IMG/VR virus record: IMGVR_UViG_3300024348_000001
Location: 122,055 to 186,054 of that record
Strand: one strand, 5' to 3'
Source: a virus
Length of the DNA stretch: 64,000 nucleotides
Shown: one piece after another, positions 56,869-62,883 of the stretch
How the letters are laid out: the number at the start of each line of letters is the position of its first letter
Numbering within the stretch: the stretch's first letter is position 1
The notes under the pieces: model-generated
What the model saw: the letters and a program-made list of their open reading frames with translations, nothing else
Database searches by the model: none
Told to the model about the DNA's origin: nothing
Translations under genes and position numbers: made by a program

Positions 56869-57411
56869 TTAGCGCATCGATCGCATTGCCGCAAGCATAA
56901 GAGCGGAATTATTGTCGGATTGAGTCCTGTCGGCGTCTCTTTGAAAAACAGGATCACTCATGATGTCACGCATACGTGCTCCGGGTGGCAATCGACGCAT
57001 CAATTCTTCTGTGGACTCGTTCTCGGCTTGTCTGCCCCACGCGCCGCCAACACCACCAACAACGCCACCTAACCCCGCCCCAATAAGTCCGCCCGGAAGA
57101 CCGCCTAACGCCAATCCACCGATACCACCTGCGCCGGCACCTAGCAATCCCGTCAGTAATCCTTGTTTGGTGGGACTAGCCATCGTTTCGGCAGGATCGG
57201 TTGCATAGCTCTGGAAAATTCGAGGTATCCAGCGATCTTTACCTTTTTCAATTCGTTCTTGTTCCTCGGGTTCAAATTCTCGTCTTTCATTTATGGGTAG
57301 GTATTGTTGCGCGCCAAATTGCGGCGTTCCATATGGTTTTTCTTTAGCTGTTTTTTCTTGCATGTAAGCGTTGTATGCGACAAAACGTCCAAGATCTGAA
57401 GCTGTGTACAT
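56869..57411 (-). CDS. Leader-tagged cargo protein 9 with glycine zipper
   Basis: MYTASDLGRFVAYNAYMQEKTA; GLLGAGAGGIGGLALGGLPGGLIGAGLGGVVGG; GGAG RBS. Confidence 0.7.
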   Translation of the reverse strand: MYTASDLGRFVAYNAYMQEKTAKEKPYGTPQFGAQQYLPINERREFEPEEQERIEKGKDRWIPRIFQSYATDPAETMASPTKQGLLTGLLGAGAGGIGGLALGGLPGGLIGAGLGGVVGGVGGAWGRQAENESTEELMRRLPPGARMRDIMSDPVFQRDADRTQSDNNSALMLAAMRSMR

Positions 57412-57546
57412 GTGCAGTCTCCGTGCCAAAACATTAAGTGTTTAATATAACATACCACCACAAAAGAACATTATCGCCAAACTCTAAGCAAGATCCTGTC
57501 TGACCGATTCATGACTGGCGTAATAAGGCTGATCATGGGGGCTCCA

Positions 57547-57592
57547 ATAGCTAAAAAAAAGACACCCAAGGCCGAAGCCTCAGGTGTCTTTA
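57547..57592 (-). terminator. Repeated terminator T1
   Basis: GACACC..GGCTTCGGCC..GGTGTC, then TTTTTTTTAGCTAT. Confidence 0.85.
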
Positions 57593-57594
57593 AT

Positions 57595-57735
57595 TTACCA
57601 TCTAATCGACTGACGAACAGTCGTTTGTACGACAGGCGGTCCGTGCCCACCGTAGAACGCCGTTGTCTCAATGTCCATTTGATGCGCTGTGGCACATCCA
57701 CTAGCGCACGCAATCAAAAGCAATAGAAAGCGCAT
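57595..57735 (-). CDS. Small lipoprotein, 46 aa (not in ORF track)
   Basis: GGAGGGG RBS; MRFLLLLIACASGC (signal peptide with lipobox) ATAHQMDIETTAFYGGHGPPVVQTTVRQSIRW*. Confidence 0.65.
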   Translation of the reverse strand: MRFLLLLIACASGCATAHQMDIETTAFYGGHGPPVVQTTVRQSIRW

Positions 57736-57835
57736 TGCCCCTCCATGGTCAATAGTAGCTATTGCTTATGCAGACAGGACTTACGTCGAGTCTGCATTGC
57801 GTCTATAACGTAATCATACGCTATAGACGCCGGAA

Positions 57836-58084
57836 TCAAACACCGATTGGGTATTCCCAATCGGGTTGCCGTTCAATCAAATTAATGATTGAAACGGCTG
57901 CATGGCGGGTAGCCGCCCACCCTGCAAACGGGTGAGGTGCGCCGGAAGAATTTTCCAACGCAGTCAACACTTCGGTGGTAACCGGGTGTTGGGTCTTGCG
58001 GACGAAATTAATCGCCCTCATAAATCTTTGCATAATCTCGTTGTCCGAGACTTCCCCAACGGGTCGCTTATCCAGCGTTGTCAT
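57836..58084 (-). CDS. Early hypothetical protein
   Basis: 82 aa; AGGAG RBS; lies behind promoter P1. Confidence 0.6.
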   Translation of the reverse strand: MTTLDKRPVGEVSDNEIMQRFMRAINFVRKTQHPVTTEVLTALENSSGAPHPFAGWAATRHAAVSIINLIERQPDWEYPIGV

Positions 58085-58111
58085 TAGGTTCTCCTAATTA
58101 AATAGGCGATG

Positions 58112-58145
58112 CATAATATATGACGCATTTAAGCTTTGGATTTAG
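58112..58145 (-). promoter_or_regulatory. Phage-specific promoter motif P1
   Basis: CTAAATCCA-N6-AAATGCGTCATATATTATG. Confidence 0.75.
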
Positions 58146-58153
58146 ATGCTCTG

Positions 58154-58200
58154 ATAGCTAAAAAAAACCCACCCAAGCCCGAAGGCCTGAGTGGGTTAAA
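58154..58200 (-). terminator. Repeated terminator T2
   Basis: CCCAC..GCCTTCGGGC..GTGGG, then T-run and AGCTAT. Confidence 0.85.
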
Positions 58201-58201
58201 T

Positions 58202-58561
58202 TCAATAATCATGTCGTACTGTTATTTCCCCCAAATGGGGAACGAGCCATTTTTCTATGCGGGTGTGCTGACACACTCCGCCGTCAAAATTTCGCTCTGT
58301 AATCGTCCGACGCCCGTATAGGGCGTCGGACATTGATTCTGTTTTGGTTGATATGCGGACAGCCCAGCCAGCCGCAATGGCGGCTTTGGCCAGTCTCTTT
58401 TTGCAAAATCCGGCCGCAATAGCGGCTGGGATGTCGTCAGCAGACGCCAATGTCATGTATTGAATAAATTTCGTATTGACGGTTGGGTAATCGTCAATAC
58501 TTTGTTCTACGGTGTCGTTCCGAGCTGCGTGACTTTTAACATACTCAGTGCAATACAGCAT
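58202..58561 (-). CDS. Early hypothetical protein
   Basis: AGGAG RBS before ATG 58561; lies between P2/hairpin and T2. Confidence 0.6.
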   Translation of the reverse strand: MLYCTEYVKSHAARNDTVEQSIDDYPTVNTKFIQYMTLASADDIPAAIAAGFCKKRLAKAAIAAGWAVRISTKTESMSDALYGRRTITERNFDGGVCQHTRIEKWLVPHLGEITVRHDY

Positions 58562-58627
58562 TTCAGAAACTCCTATTGAATCCACACACCTCTAAACCGA
58601 AATGGCTTAGATAGCGTGTGTCTTCCA

Positions 58628-58661
58628 CATGTAATATGACGCATTTAGGCTTCCAATTTAG
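58628..58661 (-). promoter_or_regulatory. Phage-specific promoter motif P2
   Basis: CTAAATTGG-N6-AAATGCGTCATATTACATG. Confidence 0.75.
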
Positions 58662-58663
58662 GC

Positions 58664-58692
58664 TTGACATTAATTTTCAACAAGACCACAAT
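58664..58692 (+). promoter_or_regulatory. Sigma70-type promoter, divergent from P2
   Basis: TTGACA-17 nt-CACAAT upstream of the plus-strand operon. Confidence 0.55.
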
Positions 58693-58746
58693 CCCTCTTC
58701 GCTAGGCAGGTGATTTGGTTTCTGTTTAGCTTGTTGAGGATTAGTT

Positions 58747-58986
58747 ATGTTGAAGTACGTCGCTCTCGGTTTTATGTGCGTAACCGGTTTTGCCTTTGGT
58801 GGCGAAAAGGGCCAAGATGCTAAGGCTCCCGAAAAGGCCACACTTAAGTCGGCCAACAAGGTCATCGTGGAACAGAAGACCACAGAGTATGCTCCTGTTG
58901 CTAAGAAGAGGAAGTTGCTCTATCGTCCAGTCAGCGTCAAGAAGGTTGTGGGCGAAGTTGAAACCTGCCCTAACTGCAAGAAGTAA
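58747..58986 (+). CDS. Small secreted protein
   Basis: Signal peptide MLKYVALGFMCVTGFAFG; C-terminal CPNCKK; GAGGA RBS. Confidence 0.6.
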   Translation: MLKYVALGFMCVTGFAFGGEKGQDAKAPEKATLKSANKVIVEQKTTEYAPVAKKRKLLYRPVSVKKVVGEVETCPNCKK

Positions 58987-59048
58987 GTATCCTTGTTTAA
59001 TTTAAAATCCTCCTGTTTTGGTTTAAAATCAAAACAGGAGGATTTTCT

Positions 59049-60047
59049 ATGTCACAACTGCTTGGCCCTTATCAGTTTGAGTTGTTTTCATTAAAAGAAG
59101 TGCACATGGATTCATCGCGTAATGTGGTGTTTTCATCTAAGCCTGCGATTGATCGGCGTATTCTTGCGGACAGGATTCAATCTCTGACGCAATCGAAATA
59201 CGAGAGAACAATCAATGACGCCAAAGTAATCGACAATCTTCTAACCGTAAAAATGGACAAAGGACATTACGTTCCAAGTTATCCCGCGTTCTACCACATG
59301 ATGGTTGATGGGTTGCCTCGTACTTTTCCCACATTTGAAAACAAACTTGATTTGATTATCAGCGAGCACAATTTCAATTTATTTAAAGGGCTTAGGGAAG
59401 CTGTTGAACCGTGGTTACCTCATAATTCAATAAGCACTTATGCGGGGAATCCTGAGTTCATACAAGCGGCCGATGGTACGGAACTTTATGGTTCTCGCAA
59501 CAGATTGGAAGCTAACGAACTGTCTTTTTTTTCTGTTAAACATTCTTCTAACTACAACGCTAAAGTCATTAACAAAAGAATTGCGTGTGCTTTCTGGCAA
59601 AAGTTCGCTGTTGATCACTGGATTGACGTTAAGCCAAAACGCAGATTGTTTGTTGCTCGGATGGATCAATACTTCAGATCTATGCGTTGTGGAAACCAAC
59701 CTGAATTGGCAAAGATGCTTAGAAAGAAATATGGCTTTGAACTGTACGAAACAGATAAACACAGCTTCATGGAAAACGCTAAGGCATTTCGCGAAGCTGA
59801 ATTTATCATCGGTGTGCATGGGGCCGCGTTGTCACACATATGCTTCTGCCACCCCGGAATTAAATTCATACAGTTGGCAAGCAAAGATGTGTATAACGTG
59901 TTCTTTGATGTGTTGGCTGAAACGTTGAATTTCAAGTACAGAAACCTATATGGGTTTGATGCGAACAACCAAATTTCCAAAACATACAACGAAGTTTTCC
60001 GCGTGCCTCTACATCACATGGAAAAGGCTATCAGAGGCTTGAAGTAA
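59049..60047 (+). CDS. Glycosyltransferase family 61 (DUF563-like)
   Basis: FYHMMVD, RRLFVAR, FREAEFIIGVHGAALSHICF. Confidence 0.75.
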   Translation: MSQLLGPYQFELFSLKEVHMDSSRNVVFSSKPAIDRRILADRIQSLTQSKYERTINDAKVIDNLLTVKMDKGHYVPSYPAFYHMMVDGLPRTFPTFENKLDLIISEHNFNLFKGLREAVEPWLPHNSISTYAGNPEFIQAADGTELYGSRNRLEANELSFFSVKHSSNYNAKVINKRIACAFWQKFAVDHWIDVKPKRRLFVARMDQYFRSMRCGNQPELAKMLRKKYGFELYETDKHSFMENAKAFREAEFIIGVHGAALSHICFCHPGIKFIQLASKDVYNVFFDVLAETLNFKYRNLYGFDANNQISKTYNEVFRVPLHHMEKAIRGLK

Positions 60048-60048
60048 C

Positions 60049-61134
60049 ATGACTAAAGTTGATTATCTAATTGTCGGATCGGGGCTTACAGGGGCGGTTA
60101 TCGCAAGGTCATTGGTTGACGCGGGTAAAGATGTGCTTGTGGTCGATAGGCGTAACCACATGGGAGGAAACGTACACGACACTGTTCATGAATCTGGCGT
60201 CAGAATCCATACATACGGACCACATTACTTCAGAACGTCATCTAAGAAAATATGGGACTTCGCCACAAGGTTTGCCAAGTTCTATAAGTATGAAGCCGCG
60301 TTACTTTCAAATGTTGACAATGAATTAGTACAGTGGCCAATAGCTGGTTCTTACATCACAAGGAAAGTGGGAATTGATTGGGCGCCCGAGTTTAAAGGTA
60401 AACCCTCAAATCTTGAAGAAGCTGCTTTAGGATTGATGCCTAGATTGATCTACGAAAAATTCATCAAAGAATACAACGAAAAGCAATGGGGCGTGCCTGT
60501 CAAAGATTTGTCAGCAGAGTTGTGCTCCCGCTTTGACGTTAGATATGACGATGAACCAAGACTTAAACCAAATGCTCTGTATCAAGGTATTCCAGAAGAC
60601 GGATATGCCTCGTGGATGGCAGCAATGCTCAATGGCGTAAAAGTCGAATTGGGTTTTGATTATCTAAAAAACAGGAATGAGATCGTTGCCCGTAAATGCC
60701 TGATCTTCACGGGACCAATAGACGAATTCTTTGATTATGAATGCGGTAAGCTCCTGTACAGAGGACAGGTCCGCAAACATACTTACATGCCACTGATTGA
60801 TTTTGTGCAGCCATGTGGGCAGGTCAACAATCCATTACACTCTGGAGGTACACACATAAGAACGTTGGAATGGAAACACATGATGCCAAAACATGTGCAA
60901 CCTCAAATAAAAGGTACCGTGGTTACACAAGAAATTCCCTTCACTCCTGTTACTTCAACTAATTACGAATACCCTTTTCCAGACAATGTGAATAAGCACT
61001 TATACGAAACATACAGAACAAAAGCTGATGGCCTGACAAATACACTCATTTGTGGGAGATTGGGTGAATACAAATACTATGACATGGATCAAGCCATAGG
61101 ACGAGCTTTGACACTAAGTGAGAAGTTTGGTTGA
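60049..61134 (+). CDS. glf: UDP-galactopyranose mutase
   Basis: YLIVGSGLTG (FAD), GGN, HTYGPHYF, FTGPIDEFF, YEYP, GRLGEYKYYDMDQ. Confidence 0.92.
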   Translation: MTKVDYLIVGSGLTGAVIARSLVDAGKDVLVVDRRNHMGGNVHDTVHESGVRIHTYGPHYFRTSSKKIWDFATRFAKFYKYEAALLSNVDNELVQWPIAGSYITRKVGIDWAPEFKGKPSNLEEAALGLMPRLIYEKFIKEYNEKQWGVPVKDLSAELCSRFDVRYDDEPRLKPNALYQGIPEDGYASWMAAMLNGVKVELGFDYLKNRNEIVARKCLIFTGPIDEFFDYECGKLLYRGQVRKHTYMPLIDFVQPCGQVNNPLHSGGTHIRTLEWKHMMPKHVQPQIKGTVVTQEIPFTPVTSTNYEYPFPDNVNKHLYETYRTKADGLTNTLICGRLGEYKYYDMDQAIGRALTLSEKFG

Positions 61135-61187
61135 TAGCTAAAAAAAAGCCCACCCAAGCCCGAAGGCAAGGGTGGGCTTTTTTTATT
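61134..61187. terminator. Repeated terminator T3, bidirectional
   Basis: AAAAAAAAGCCCACCC..GCCCGAAGGC..GGGTGGGCTTTTTTT between convergent genes. Confidence 0.9.
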
Positions 61188-61443
61188 TTCTGGTTTGGCT
61201 GATTTGGTCCAGCGCACCCATGACCGCATACACGGCCCCTCCTACCATATAAATGGTAAATGCCGTAATTGCCGGTACTGGGACTGTTACCCAATACCAC
61301 AGTATCCACTCTGGTCCCTCAAAAATCTGAGGAACCATCAAGAATTCCGCAAGACTTGTTGCCAGAACAATTGCCGCCACAAGGGCGGCAAGTTTTGTCA
61401 CAACGACAATGTTTGTAACATATGCGTTCATGAAATTCTTCAT
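61183..61443 (-). CDS. Small two-TM membrane protein
   Basis: Two hydrophobic helices; lies between P3/hairpin and T3. Confidence 0.6.
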   Translation of the reverse strand: MKNFMNAYVTNIVVVTKLAALVAAIVLATSLAEFLMVPQIFEGPEWILWYWVTVPVPAITAFTIYMVGGAVYAVMGALDQISQTRK

Positions 61444-61506
61444 AACTCAATCCCCCAATAACGACTACGCCACCAAACCGAAGTGGTCTGATGGCGTAGT
61501 CGTCCA

Positions 61507-61540
61507 CATGTTATATGACACATTATTGGGTTGGATTTAG
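61507..61540 (-). promoter_or_regulatory. Phage-specific promoter motif P3
   Basis: CTAAATCCA-N6-TAATGTGTCATATAACATG. Confidence 0.75.
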
Positions 61541-61541
61541 G

Positions 61542-61727
61542 CTAGCTGACTTCCCCTATTCCGGGCAGTAACTCTTCCCTGATGATGTTCAAGGAAGGAT
61601 CAGCCGCTATGCCTATTCTTGCCGTTCTGTCGGGTGCGTCTATGTTCACCAGCATCAGGACAATATCAGGTTTATTGTCCTGCCTGAGAATAATCCTCTG
61701 GCCAATCTTGCGGGTGAGTACAAGCAT
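61542..61727 (-). CDS. csrA: Carbon storage regulator CsrA-like protein
   Basis: MLVLTRKIGQRIIL...ARIGIAAD...IIREEL. Confidence 0.85.
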   Translation of the reverse strand: MLVLTRKIGQRIILRQDNKPDIVLMLVNIDAPDRTARIGIAADPSLNIIREELLPGIGEVS

Positions 61728-61734
61728 CCATACC

Positions 61735-62193
61735 TCACGAAAGAGTTACCATCTGATTGAACTTAAATAGCTTCTTGAAAGACTGCTTGTGCTTTTCCAT
61801 TTCTTTCATGAAGGGTACAAGAGCTTTGGCTATGGCTTGGTCTTCGTAGAAAGAAAAGAGTTGGACCTTGTTGGCAATGGCACCTACAGCGGCAATGACT
61901 ACGTTGTGGGCACTGCAAATCTGATTGTTGATTCTTTTGCCTGTGTTACCAATGATCGTGACTTCAATTCTTTTGCAAGGAACAGAAGCCAAATCAATCT
62001 TGCTGTTAATGCAATGCTTGGGATCTATTACCTCAAACATGTCAGCCAAAGATTTGAAATAATCACAACCAATGCGAGCAGGGCCATCTGTCCAATATTC
62101 AACTCTCCACGTGAAGTAAGGCTTGGAAACTTTAGCTTTAGTTTTGGTTTTGGACTTGGCAATTTTTGGCTTAGACACTTGAACCTGTGACAT
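61735..62193 (-). CDS. Hypothetical protein
   Basis: 152 aa; GGAGG RBS. Confidence 0.6.
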   Translation of the reverse strand: MSQVQVSKPKIAKSKTKTKAKVSKPYFTWRVEYWTDGPARIGCDYFKSLADMFEVIDPKHCINSKIDLASVPCKRIEVTIIGNTGKRINNQICSAHNVVIAAVGAIANKVQLFSFYEDQAIAKALVPFMKEMEKHKQSFKKLFKFNQMVTLS

Positions 62194-62252
62194 GCGACCT
62201 CCATGTGAGAAACAATAAACACTTACAACGAGTTTTAGTTACTCGTGGAGGA

Positions 62253-62281
62253 AGTTTAAAAGTTACAAGGTAAGGAGTCAA
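62253..62281 (-). promoter_or_regulatory. Sigma70-type promoter for the 62193-csrA unit
   Basis: TTGACT-17 nt-TAAACT. Confidence 0.6.
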
Positions 62282-62330
62282 TAGCTAAAAAAAAAGACCC
62301 ACCGTAGCCCTAAGGCACAGGTGGGTTGTT
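62281..62330 (-). terminator. Repeated terminator T4
   Basis: CCCAC..GCCTTAGGGC..GTGGG, then T-run and AGCTAT. Confidence 0.8.
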
Positions 62331-62395
62331 TTGATTTTCTGCACGTCTGGACCTATTACAGTCCAGACGTGCAGAAGCAAGATCAGAAGGTTGGC

Positions 62396-62503
62396 TTAAC
62401 GCCAGCCCTCTAATCTTGCTAGTTCTCCTACGAACCCTGCGGCAAAGTTTGCCGCAAATACCACGGACTCGAACACCGCACCGATAAATAACTCGAATTC
62501 CAT
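62396..62503 (-). CDS. Small hydrophobic peptide, 35 aa (not in ORF track)
   Basis: AGAGG RBS; MEFELFIGAVFESVVFAANFAAGFVGELARLEGWR*. Confidence 0.45.
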   Translation of the reverse strand: MEFELFIGAVFESVVFAANFAAGFVGELARLEGWR

Positions 62504-62567
62504 TTAGGAATCCTCTTGTAACAACTACGCCATCAAACCGAAATGGCCTGATGGCGTATGGCTGTCT

Positions 62568-62601
62568 CATGTTATATGACGCATTTGAGCCGTGGATTTA
62601 G
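62568..62601 (-). promoter_or_regulatory. Phage-specific promoter motif P4
   Basis: CTAAATCCA-N6-AAATGCGTCATATAACATG. Confidence 0.75.
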
Positions 62602-62807
62602 TTCGTGTTTGCGTTGCCACCCTTAGGATCTTCAGCCATGTCAGCTTCCATCCACAGGTTCCATTTCTTGACCACTCTCTTACCTTTGTAGTAAAGCACA
62701 GGCGTGGACAACTTACCCTCAAAGTCTACCCACATCAAAGAATAGTCAGACGTCAATTCAACATCCACACCATCCACACTCAACAACTGATATTTCACGC
62801 CAGACAT
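62598..62807 (-). CDS. Small hypothetical protein
   Basis: 69 aa; GGAGG RBS. Confidence 0.55.
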   Translation of the reverse strand: MSGVKYQLLSVDGVDVELTSDYSLMWVDFEGKLSTPVLYYKGKRVVKKWNLWMEADMAEDPKGGNANTN

Positions 62808-62883
62808 AACACCTCCACAAAAAGCAAACAGGCGGGGAATTGAACCCCCACCTGTAAGAAAAACATACTACTTTTTCTTAGAC

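Noticed and set aside
267-57208. Numerous plus-strand ORFs in the track opposite the structural and RNAP genes
   Set aside because: They are antisense shadows of well-supported minus-strand genes, with no RBS or recognisable motifs.
57471-57713. ORFs 57471..57713 (-) and 57511..57726 (+)
   Set aside because: Both run through terminator T1 and lack an RBS; the 46-aa lipoprotein frame is better supported.
57600-57735. Several short inverted repeats suggested one long ~250-nt ncRNA
   Set aside because: This part is better explained by an RBS-led lipoprotein ORF. Only the upstream hairpins were retained.
61319-61507. ORF-track ORFs 61319..61507 and 62310..62570 with similar N-termini (YAIRPxRFxGVVV)
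   Set aside because: The similarity is translated promoter and hairpin DNA. They have no RBS and overlap better ORFs.
62828-62860. Possible tRNA gene
   Set aside because: Only a T-arm-like hairpin is present, with no D arm, anticodon arm or CCA. No complete tRNA was seen anywhere in the window.
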